Assembly (NCBI GenBank): GCA_000091205.1
Contig: AP006501.2
From: Cyanidioschyzon merolae
Taxonomy: Eukaryota
Strand: one strand, 5' to 3'
Length of the DNA: 64,000 nt
The notes below the pieces were generated by a model, which was not told the origin of the DNA, did not search any database, and saw nothing but the letters and a program-made list of their open reading frames with translations. Below, piece after piece: positions 32,752 through 43,415 of this stretch. How positions within the stretch are numbered: position 1 is the first letter of the stretch; every line of letters begins with the position of its first letter. A program made the translations under genes and the position numbers.

Positions 32752-35439
32752 CTGTTGACTAGCTGGCTTCGGTTTCGGTAAACCAGGTCCGGATGCATTG
32801 CGACTGACACAGAACATGACGCAAGCGATCCGCGATGACTTTTTTGTTCATGAAGCAGATTTCATTTCATGACTGCGTTCCGGGACGCAAAATACTTCTG
32901 GCGAGCTTTGCAAGGTTGAGCAACCAGGCTCCGTGTCGTGACTGCAATTGAATCACTGCTGGGTCTCGCATACTTTGCATGAGCGCCTGTACCTACATCA
33001 GCGCCGTGCTTCAATGGAGTGCTTCTCGATGCTCTACGGGGAAAGAGTCAGGGTCGACGCGCTTGCAACAACCGCAACTCGAGGCACCTGAACGATGCGA
33101 GATTGCATCTTGGAGAACGACGTATGTTCTCTTGTCCGCGTTGCAACACTTGGTGCCGCTTCAGGGCGGATGTTTCGGTGCAACCTCGAATCACGCGAGG
33201 CGTCGTTCGCGTCGATAAACCCGCGGTATGTACTGGACGAGCAAAGCTGCCCAGATCATCGCATTGGTTTCAGAGTCGTCTCTAGGCTGGCGCGGTCGGA
33301 GCGCCACCAATACGCGCCGCTGAAGTTTCAAAGTGAAACCCCCGAGCTTGCAGTGCTCGTCGGGCTCTCTCAAGGTCCGCTTGCAGACTACGAGCGGCCT
33401 CTGGCCGGTCAGGAAAACTGCTCAAGAGCTTCCATAGTTTCAGTGAAAAAGCAATCACCACCACTAGTATAACAGTTGACGGTACAAGCAGGGGCAGCAG
33501 CCACCACCAGTGTTCGGAGAGCGCTCGGCAAGTTTCGCTCGGAACGCCAACGGCACGCAGTCCCGCGAACACCTGAGGCGCACGTACCCAACAGAGTGCC
33601 GTCAGGAGAGCGGTGGTACAGAAAAGAAGCAACAAGTAGCGCATTTTGCGACTAGGTACAGCCGCCTTGCAGCTTCGGTCTAGAGATGACTGCATAGAGG
33701 AGGTGTGTACAGCAGAAACTGAAGTGCGAAGACCTCGCTTGAGATCTGCACGACAAATCTTGGTTCGTACCCAAGAAGCAGCTTGTGAAAGCGATTCAAC
33801 GATGGTGTACGCTTATGTCGCCCGGGTAGCACTCGGAGAGCTTTCCCCTGGTCCAGGAACGCTTTACAAGGTAAAACTTCCCCCATTTGTTCGACTGCGC
33901 ATTCGATGGCGCCACAAACGAGTCGCATCGCTGACGCCATTATCCCAGATGAAGTATAGGTAATGTAACATAGGAGTAGGGGGTTGATGGATACCTCACC
34001 GCGCACTGAAAAAAATACCCAAAAAGAAAAGTAAAATGCGCATAATCGGAGAACGCTGGCCCATGGAAACGTTTTCTCAAGGGAAAAATCGCTGATGCCA
34101 TAGCGTTCAACCCCGAGCGTTGAATTCTGGGATGCCTGTACGAACGAAAGCTTTTTATTTTTGCTCGTCTTTATCCGGGGCAGTCAGCAGAAGAAGTGTA
34201 TGTTGTAGAGGGGTCGCAGAAAGACTTGGTGCTGTTGCTGGTAGCTTGCGAGCAACAGCTTTTGATGTACAAGTCGGTTATGCCGTGGTCAGCAGCGTCA
34301 TGAGCCCCGCAGCACGTCGTCCGTACCCTGTACGCCGTACACCGAAAACAGAATGTATCAAACTCTATCGCCACAGCTGTGTCCTCTTGACTCCATTCAA
34401 CTTGATGCATTCTGTGAGAAATACCATCAAAGCAGGTACAGGATGTGAAGTGTCTCTCCTGATGATGTCATGGATTTCGCGGAGATATAGATGGAGACGG
34501 AAAAAAAAGCAAGCGCTTACGTTCACCAGTCATGCGTTGAGCGATACACGATCGAGTTCGCACCGAAACGCGATCGCTGTGTTCAGGACGGACAGGTATT
34601 CGTCGCGCCCAACGAGCATGTACTCTGGAGATGGTATGCATTTGTACAGGTTCTGGAACAGGGGCGAACCGCTGTTCTCCAAGAAGAAACAAGCAAGTAT
34701 CACGACAAGGTCAGCTTTGACTGCGATTCAGTCATGGAGTCAACTGCGAGTCGCCAAACGTTCGGGATCGTTCAAGACTTCATCTTTCGTCGGAACACTC
34801 ATCGTGGCTCCTCTTTGCCATATTTTCTGGCTGCTCGTAGCGAACGTCGCTTTCGATGACTCCAAAGCGTTCAGTGAGCACGCAGCTGAGACTCGCGTTT
34901 AGCTTACCTTCGTGCCAGCCTATTGCCCCAGGTTCATTGGATTCGAAGGCGTCTTCTCTATTGCCGAAGCTCCATTTCGGCGATCACCGATCAATAGACG
35001 AGTCGTGCGCTTCTGCGGCACCGTCCGTCGCCAAGGGGATTTCCATCTTCACCAGCTCCAATCGGCTGCGTTGTTTCTCTGGTCGTAGGCTGGGGATGGA
35101 TGCATAGAGGTGCGCTTCGGTCCGTGGGCGTGCTCGTGGCGGAGCAAGAGGTGAAAAGCTACTACAGGAATCGTAGAGACATGCACAGAAAAGACGAGAA
35201 TCGGTGATCTAGGTCTCCAAGTGCATCTGAATCCCCAGGGAGACCAGGTATGGAAGAGAACAACCTCATCGATGCCACTCCGCCACGTAACGGGGAAACG
35301 AAGATATTGCTTTACAAGAAAAGCATGGATCCTTCCCTAAAGAGAACGAGGAGTGACGGGAACGGAAAATTATGGTAGTAGGATGATCCGTCTGCAACCG
35401 TTGTCAAGAACTACCTGCTCAGAAACGTCAACCGGGAGA

Positions 35440-35700
35440 ATCCTCCAGAACGTGAGATGCCGGAGGTCATGACGGATCGCGTAGCGTTTTCGTCGAGGCA
35501 GTTTCGCCTCGGTTCTCTCAACTTGACGCACCTCGTCATGCAAATGTCTGGACGAGTGCCCGACACGGGGCTGTAAGGCACCCACATTCCTCGAAAGCTT
35601 TCCGATGGACCATTCATCAAACAACTGATGCTCGACACTGAAGAAACATTGCTTTCTGATGGATCCACGCATCGATATTATCGGGAGTCGGGCATGATTG
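35440..35700 (+). repeat. Interspersed repeat family, copy D (partial, degenerate)
   Basis: gatcgcgtag...ggttctctcaacttgacgcacctc...ccgatggaccattcatcaaacaa parallels ggttctctcggcgagtacgctacttgacgcacacc...gatgaaacaagtacc in copy F. Confidence 0.4.
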
Positions 35701-37927
35701 ATACCATGAGTAATGCCAGGAAATGGAATGAAGGTGCCGGGCCCCATTTCGAGCAACTCGCATATTTTGGACGCCGCATTTCAGAATGTACTAGAGTCTG
35801 CAAATAGCTCATGCGAATGGTGGCTGGCAGGAGTTCATGAGACGGCGCTGGCGTCACCGACGGTATCCGTTGTCCAGAGGCAACAAGTGTGCATCCGCGG
35901 TGCTCTCCAATTCGTTGTAGAAGGAATTGACGGACAAGTGGCGTCCTCCGGGGGTGTCTTATGGCTCTGGACGGGCTATGGTGCGCTGGAGCTGCACGCG
36001 TGCACTCGCCACGAGAGCATACACCGAGTGCAGGAATCGAATCTGTGCGATACCCATGGAGGCGTTCAGGACGACATACACGCCTCAGGAGCACAGGTGC
36101 ACGCAGAGACTTGTAGAGAAGAAGAGCAGGAAACACAGACGCATGCATGAGATGGTGTCCAGGGTGCGCTGAGCGAACCTCAGACAGCGCAACCGTCGCT
36201 CGTGATTCGCGTGCTCTGGTGCGATTCCACCAGCATCAACAACATGCGCGAGCACTTTCTGCACTGAGATTTGAACGCCTGAACCAACATTTTAAAACAT
36301 GTCGTGCTTCCAGAGCATCGAGCAGCTTGGTACCGAACGGACATTCACGTGGATTGTTGGGTGCGTATTGTAGATTTCTGCGCTGGAATGCGCAGGGCTT
36401 GTGATGGAAAATCAGTGCTCAGAAGAGAGGGCGTTGGATTCTCGCCTGTAACACGCCATTGACGTGGTACTGGCTCAGTAGTCAGCCCAGAAACGCTAGA
36501 GCAGCGCATATTTACAAAGAAGCAATGTCCCTCGGCGATCTTTGAACGGGCATGGTGTTTTATGATTCCACAAGACCGAGTCTATAAACGAGCATGCACG
36601 CCCAGCGTCGGTGCGCTTCAGTGTTCGCTTAGCAGCAGTGTTTCCTAGCTGGGCGCATTTCATGGGCATGCGCTGTAGCCAGCAGGCTCGGCTCGGCTCG
36701 GCTCGGCTCAGGATGCTGGGGGCTTGTGTCGAACCTCTTGAGTCGCACACCGGCAATATTCCCTGGATACGTGGATCCAGAGCGCTCGGGAGACTCGAAA
36801 GGGCGTCGATAAGTTTACGACTTGATTTTGCGGTATGCGCAACGTTCGACGCCCGACGCAGTACGGCCATGGTGCTCAGGGGGCATTCTGGTTTCCTCGC
36901 ATTTCTCAGCTGTCGTTACCTGTAATCGTTTAGCGCAACGTTCTTGCATAGTGGATACCGATAGAGTGGCTCGCGCCTTGCACAGCGACGACGGGGCCGC
37001 GCTGCCCCGACTCCCTGGTGCACCAGTTCGGACTGATTGTGCTCGGAGAGCGAGCGTAGCATGCTGGATCGATCGACCCTGGGTAGTCCGATTTCTGCTC
37101 TGTCGGTCATCGGAGCTCGATGCGAGCATTCCCGCGCTCGAGACGGATCACTAGCAACGTCTGACAGGAGGCCCGGGGCGACAACCACCGTAACCGGCGC
37201 GCATGATCCGCGGTATGCGCTTCACGCGTTACGTCTGTCCCCGGAAGATGCACGTCGGAGTTCGACGCTCGGCGCTGGCTCAGGGCGCTGCCTTGTGTTG
37301 CGGCTGCATCCGCTGGGAAGGGATTCACCAACGCGCTCCCAAAGGCAAGCCCCGACTTTGCATGAAAAGCATCCACGCCCCTACATCTGCCTGCAAGTGA
37401 TCGCTTGTAGTGCCGAGTTGGAGAAACCGAGCTCCTGCGTCCGGGCCCTTGCTGGTTAATCGCTGCACGCAGGCCGAAGTGCAGTTTGCAGCGAGACAGC
37501 CTCATCGCGGGACTCGATTCTGCTCTTGATGTGCGCCCTGCTCCTACCAACGATTTGCAATACACTATATTTCATGCGCAACCTTGTCATGTACGTCTCA
37601 CGGGCTACCGTGCTTCTGCGCAGCACCAGCATGAACAACGATATTACGCTGGCATGCAGAGAAGCGCCGATGCTGATGGCTCGCTGCCGTTCGCTGAGAT
37701 CGAATCGACGTATGAGACATTTATTGACAAAGAGGGTAAATGGAAAGGGTGCGACGGCCAGCGGATCACTCGAGTCACACGCCGCTGCATGGCTGCTGAG
37801 CACCTGCAGATGATCGCGTGCGCGCGCTCGCCTCCGGATTGATCGCATGTGCAGGGCGTCGGACGCCATCCGCGCACGACGTCCTGTTTCACGTGTTCAG
37901 GCTGCTTCATAACCGAACCCGCTACGC

Positions 37928-38794
37928 ATGAACGTCTCAAGAAAGCCTCGCTTCGGTGCCCCAGGCACACTCTTTTTTCTTAACTCTGCTCACTCTGCAC
38001 TTTGGACGCCGGTTGCTTCAGGAAACTGGAGTCAAGTGCAGTCCACTACGTCGTTTCACAGTGCAGTGCCGGGTTGTGGGCGTAGCACGCGCTCGCTCGT
38101 GCACCGCGCCGGTGCACGTTGGGGTCTGCGAGCGCTGCGCTGCAGCTCTGCCAACGCCCCCATGACCATAGAGGGGGCTCGGATCGGGCCGCCGCCTGAT
38201 CTGCCGTCTCTTTTGCTGCACAACCGCATCGTCTATATTGGGATGCCGCTCACAGCGCCAGTTTGTGAACTCATCATAGCCGAGCTTCTTTACCTGAACT
38301 ACAACGATCCCGACAAGCCGGTCTACGTTTACATCAACTCGACGGGGACCATGGGTCTCGACGGCAGCACTGCTGGTTTCGAGACCGACGCGTTTGCGAT
38401 CATCGACACCATGAACTACATCAAGCCGCCGGTTTACACTATCTGCGTTGGATCTGCTTTTGGTCTAGCAGCAGTGATCTTGGCATGTGGCGACAAGGGC
38501 AACCGTGCTGCCCTACCGAACGCGTCGATCATGCTGCATCAACCGCGGGGCACAGCCCGAGGCCAAGCGGCAGACATCGCTATCAAGGCGCGGGAGATTA
38601 TGTACAATCGGAAAGTTGCCATGGAGATTCTGGCGGAGCACACCGGGCGCACCGCTGAGGAATGTTTGAAAGCGAGCGAGCGGACCAAGTATATGACTCC
38701 ACAGGAGGCAAAGGAATTCGGAATTATCGATAAGATTTTACGAAGTGAGAAGGATTTGCCGAAGGACATGCCTGCCTTCCTCAAGCAGCTCTGA
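37928..38794 (+). CDS. ClpP-family protease subunit lacking the catalytic serine (ClpR-like), with an N-terminal extension of about 90 aa (organelle targeting?)
   Basis: The core LLHNRIVYIGMPL...IIAELLYLNYNDPDKPVYVYINSTGT...AIIDTMNYIKPPVYTICVGSAFGLAAVILACG...IMLHQPRG...GQAADIAIKAREI...RTKYMTPQEAKEFGIIDKIL aligns to ClpP. The active-site Ser position (GQAASMG in E. coli) reads GSAFGLA, so Ser is replaced by Gly, while His and Asp are retained. The N-terminus is S/R/A-rich. Confidence 0.8.
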   Translation: MNVSRKPRFGAPGTLFFLNSAHSALWTPVASGNWSQVQSTTSFHSAVPGCGRSTRSLVHRAGARWGLRALRCSSANAPMTIEGARIGPPPDLPSLLLHNRIVYIGMPLTAPVCELIIAELLYLNYNDPDKPVYVYINSTGTMGLDGSTAGFETDAFAIIDTMNYIKPPVYTICVGSAFGLAAVILACGDKGNRAALPNASIMLHQPRGTARGQAADIAIKAREIMYNRKVAMEILAEHTGRTAEECLKASERTKYMTPQEAKEFGIIDKILRSEKDLPKDMPAFLKQL

Positions 38795-38829
38795 GCGGGA
38801 GCAAGACTCGCCTTGGTACGCTTTGTCGG

Positions 38830-38830
<1 letters not shown>

Positions 38831-38869
<39 letters not shown>
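38831..38869. repeat. (GAT)13 trinucleotide microsatellite
   Basis: gatgatgat... x13, 37 bp downstream of the ClpR-like stop codon. Confidence 0.9.
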
Positions 38870-40347
38870 CAAGCTTGGGCACCTTCATGGATGACATAGA
38901 GCCGTTTCCTCGGAAAATCGGATCCAGGCATCAGGAACATGTCGAGCATCGTTGAGTCCCGCTCCAGCATTTCATCAACCTGTTCCACAAACGAGACGTT
39001 TCGTCCGCCAGTTAGTCTTGAAAGCTAACTGCTACGGATCACACATGAGCGCATCCAGTCAGAGAACCCGGCTATGCAGCGCCGGATCTCGAGCGTGTCG
39101 ACCTACGACGCGATCGCTCGTTCCATTTTCCAGCATCACCCTGTTCGTAGCGCTTCACGCCCAGCACGGCTCACCGGGAAGTCATATGTTTGCCATAAAG
39201 GTCATGCTCATACAGCGCTACAACAAGTGGCGAACGCACACGCGCTTTACGACCGTGTACCCACTGCTGAATGATTTTTACCGAACGCTTCGCTCTGCAG
39301 CTGCGCTGCCAGCGACTGCCGTCATATCCTGCCCCTCGATCGCCGATGGGTGAACGAGCGCTACTAGCGTCACGTCGTCTCATTCAACGCTGCCTTGCGG
39401 GCATCCTCGCCCAACACAGGCTGCCACTGGCACAAGAACACCTATTCATGATGATCACGATCACCTGCGGTGCTGGCATTGACGTGTCCATAGCCAGCTA
39501 CGATGCGGGAAGCACCGGCATCCACGACCAGCACGGACCCCGTCTAGGAGAAGCGAACGCATGCCACAGGTGCCGTTGACACCCAAACCGGCACCCGCCA
39601 ATACCGAAGAGTGCCTCAACTTGAAAGCGAGTAACGAATGACGGCAACTGGGGCTGTCTCGGGTCGTGCGAGATACCTGGGCGGACGCATACTTGAACGG
39701 ATGCTGCTGCGCTGTGCAGAAGCAAGTACAGCGACTCGCGCGGGGAGAGCGTCCGCTCGTATGCGATCGCAGCGGACATGGCCAGCTTGAAACAGCTTCC
39801 CCAGCATTGATATGTCTAGATACCTATGGAAAGCAGTGTTCCTTGAAATGCACTCGCGCGGATTACCCAAGATAGCGAGTCCGTTTCCGGGGCATAGGAG
39901 CAACCGCTCGTTCCATGAGGCGCATGTGCGCTAATGCACACCGGTCTAGCGCCCCGTCGCACTGTTCTCGAAGCCACGACAACACCACGCATCAACCAGA
40001 ACAAAATTTTGTCTGCATCATGGACACCCTTTCTTTCCTTCTCCAGAGATTTTTTCACGCAATCCCGGAAATTTCGTGAAAAGCGCACGGCGTACATCGC
40101 ACCCGCACCGGATCGTTTCGCTGGTTCGGAATCGCGCTGCGGAGGCAATACGGTACGCGGACTGAACCTCAGTGTTTCCTTGACACGACTTGGCTGGAAC
40201 ACTGGAACCTATTCTATCTGATACGGTACCTGTTGCGGTTCCTGTTCTAGTCGAGGGTTTACTTGTGGTGTGCTTTAGCCGAAGCAGCAGCGGTCTGTCT
40301 CAGGGCGGCGCCGTCGGGCGCTGGCGCTTCCGGGGGAACACAACGGG

Positions 40348-41172
40348 TTGTACGACGGGCACCGCCCCCGCTTTGCCCGAGTTGCCTCCGTTTCTGACGC
40401 TCAGTACTGCATGCTGACGTCGCACGGGGTTTATCAGGGCCCCAGCAGTGTCCCGGTCGCCGTACGCTCACTGGACGAGGTGCACCGCGAAGCTCGCAAG
40501 GTGCTAGTCGAGCTCCAAAGCGCTCTCCAGCAAGCGGAGCAACAGCAGCACCACGCGCAGCTCGCGACGAAAGGAGCTTTGAAAGACCTCGGAGTCGCCA
40601 CTTTAACAGCAGAGGCACTAGAGGCGCCACGGCTGAAGCTGCAACAGCTCGAACTTGTGACTGCTGAGCTTTCGCAGCTGGCTGAGCGCGCGCCCGCTGC
40701 ACAGCGAGCTCTGTGGCAACGTCGTGCGCTGCAGCTTGAGACGCAGCACAGGGAGCTGAGCAGTCTCTGGAGGCAGGTCTATGCGGCGGAAAGGCAACGT
40801 CAATGGCACTTACGGGAGCGTGAATCGCTTCTCGAGGGCGCTGAACAGCATCGCTCCAAGTCGAAGGCTGATGCCACGATAGTCGACTTGGAACAGCTCG
40901 CAACCCAGTCTCTAGAGCACGCGTCCCATTCCGCTGATGGTATTCTCGGAAGCGGGCGCGATGTCCTCAATGCGTTGCGGCAGCAACACCAGACGCTCAA
41001 AGCGGTGCGGCGCAAGACTCTTGATATGGCCCATCGGTTGGGTCTCAGCCAAAGCCTCATTCGGCGTGTCCAGCAACGAGCCCGAAACGACATGAGAATC
41101 GTATGTGGTGGCCTCGCTGCCATTCTGGCCCTTGTCTGCTTGTTGTTCTACGTAAAACATTACCTGATGTGA
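40348..41172 (+). CDS. GOSR1: Golgi SNAP receptor complex member 1 (GS28/Gos1 Qb-SNARE), tail-anchored
   Basis: C-terminal ...TLKAVRRKTLDMAHRLGLSQSLIRRVQQRARNDMRIVCGGLAAILALVCLLFYVKHY matches the GS28 SNARE motif and TM anchor (..NSLIQRINLRKRRDSLILGGVIG..). The upstream part is coiled-coil. The start could be at 40348 or at the Met at 40411. Confidence 0.75.
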   Translation: MYDGHRPRFARVASVSDAQYCMLTSHGVYQGPSSVPVAVRSLDEVHREARKVLVELQSALQQAEQQQHHAQLATKGALKDLGVATLTAEALEAPRLKLQQLELVTAELSQLAERAPAAQRALWQRRALQLETQHRELSSLWRQVYAAERQRQWHLRERESLLEGAEQHRSKSKADATIVDLEQLATQSLEHASHSADGILGSGRDVLNALRQQHQTLKAVRRKTLDMAHRLGLSQSLIRRVQQRARNDMRIVCGGLAAILALVCLLFYVKHYLM

Positions 41173-41689
41173 GCGGGCATGCAGTGCTTTAAAGTTTCCT
41201 TTGAGGCAGCAGGGCCTCGATGAAAAAAATGGACCACGTTCTGGTATGGAACGACACCCATGTCGGAATAAAGCAGAACAGGTCCACTAACTCGGGAGCA
41301 CATTCTTAGGTTCTGGAGGCCGTCTCAGTGCCAGCGGGGAAACCAGCCTTTGCGGGCGTATGATGCGTCTGCTTCCTTGTTCGCTCTCGCATCTCCGTAG
41401 TTAGAGACGCCGGTCTCTCCTGCTCTCCATAACGATTGTCAGCAGCCGATGGATGTTGCTGGCAGCGTTCAGGTACCGATTTCGCTGCCCCGGGTCGCTT
41501 TCGATGCATGATATGTACCGACGATAGTTGCGGTCTGCGCTTCGCTTGCCAGTTGCATCTTCTTCGTATACGGCCGCGGTGTACTCGTCGCTGCGATGAA
41601 ACTTGGCTCTGATTAGGTGTTTCCACACGTATCGATCGCGCGTCCTCTTCCCAGCGTCGTCCTGTCGTACGTGATTTCTTGCCTCATCG

Positions 41690-42310
41690 CTCGGTAGATG
41701 CCCTTGACGTGTACAGAGGGTTCCGCACGATGCACTCGTCTGTTTCCGCACCCGGTGAGGTACACAACGATCCCGGACTTGTTCTGGACGGATCCATCGG
41801 CGAGCGTGCTGCCCGCTCCACATGCACAAGTGCGTGCTGCTCCATTCGATAGAGGATATGCGGTACAAGATGTTGTCCGCGATGAAACAAGTACCAGAGG
41901 AAAGCTCCAGGCTCGAGAAAAAGTCGAGCCATTTCGATCTGTCTACGTGCCTTTTGTACAACGCTATGACGCTAGCTCCATCGAAAGCGATCACCGCGAT
42001 GACTCGAGTCCGCGACCAGGTCCCTCTTCCGTCCAAACAGAAGAAAAGGAGCGTTTCGAAGCATATCCCCTGAAAGGCATCATGCTGCTGTCAAATACCG
42101 TTTCGTTGACGACCACATAGACAGAAGGAGTCATCTTTCGAACATTCTTGATTAGTTGACTGGCAAAATTTTTTTGAATGTCCGGCATGAGCTTGACAAC
42201 GAGTCGTCAAGAGGCGACGTTGCGTATTTTTCATCACCAACTTAGCGGCACGAATTGTTGCGCTTACGAGTTGATCTAGAATTGAAAGATCGAAAACTTG
42301 GAAGAATACG
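41690..42310 (+). repeat. Interspersed repeat family, copy E (reference copy)
   Basis: Best-preserved copy. It contains all the shared blocks: tttccgcacccggtg...gctccattcgatagaggatatgcggtacaagatgttgtccgcgatgaaacaagtaccagagg...tccatcgaaagcgatcaccgcgatgactcgagtccg...ggcatgagcttgacaacgagtcgtcaagaggcgacg...agcggcacgaattgttgcgcttacgagttgatctagaattgaaagatcgaaaacttgg. Confidence 0.65.
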
Positions 42311-43390
42311 TGATTCGGGCGTGCCGATCGCCAGGAAAGGAGAAGAATGAGGTCTCCGATGTATGAATCGGATCATGATATCGCTCCGTTTAGGAGTCCG
42401 AGGGCGAAGTCGTCACGAATCGTTTTGCTTTCGATGGTGCAACGAATTCCAGCTGCAAGGCGTCAACCGAGCAACCCTGCAAGAACAACCGAGAATCCGA
42501 ACACCACGTATGAACCCTCAAGCCCTCATTCCTGAAATTCGAATGCCATGGCTTTACATCTATAACAAGTTCAGAGCAGAAATCGCAAGGCAGGAGCAGA
42601 TCGACTCGGTCAGTATTCCGTTTTAACCTAGTACCGGTCTCCGTAGAAGAACCAGGCCCAAATAGAAGGCACTGCAGCCAGTTCGCTCGGCTTCGTCATC
42701 TGGTACCTTTCGCTCGTACGCGCTGCTGTGATAACTCGGTGTGTTCGTTGCTGGAGGCGAGCTCGCGTCCTCCTCTGGTGTCGTCCTCAGCACAAGTCCG
42801 TTCTGCGTGAACGAGAAGTTTTCGCAAGGTCCCCGGGTGTAGGTCGTAGCCTTCCAAAGGCCACGGTTCACGCACCGTACCGATGGCGGCTGCAGTGGCC
42901 CTTCGAACTTGCGTGAGGAGGTCCAGGAATCGCTCCGTGCAGCCGTTGATACCCGCCTCGTCAGGCGGCAAAACTGCAAGCACGTTAACTGTATCGCAGG
43001 TCACCTGTTGCAGCTGCAGCAGCGCTTCTTCAGATTCATCCAATTGTTCCAGAGCCGCCGCTTCTGCAGTGTCTCGGAGCAAAACGTCGTAGAGCGCCTT
43101 GGTCGATGCTCGTTGCTCCATTGCCGAGCTTCGTTCCCTCGAAAACGACGTTTCGCAGTGACTGCGTTACGCGCACCGGCCAGGCTGGTGTTCCAGACGC
43201 CCCAAACCGCGGCTCGGAGACTTCTTTTTCTGGTTTCGATTCCGTGAAACTGACCAGCGTTCTCGGACTGCGCGGTTGCTTTCGACAACCAGCCAAGCGA
43301 GCACTATCCGTCTCGTACGAACGTAACGGGGCTCCACTGGTGTCAGAGGCTCGCTCCTCGTCAAGCGTGGCTCGTTGGAATATGCTCTTT

Positions 43391-43415
43391 GCAGCAGCAG
43401 CAGCAGCAGCAGCAG
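43391..43415. repeat. (GCA/CAG)8 trinucleotide microsatellite
   Basis: gcagcagcagcagcagcagcagcag read directly. Confidence 0.8.

Noticed and set aside
41401-42036. 211-aa minus-strand ORF (and similar ORFs in the other repeat copies, e.g. 13495..13806, 52313..52726, 57513..57908, 57704..58153, 22435..22728)
   Set aside because: The peptide similarity between copies appears in several frames and on both strands simultaneously. That indicates conserved nucleotide sequence (a repeat element), not a protein family.
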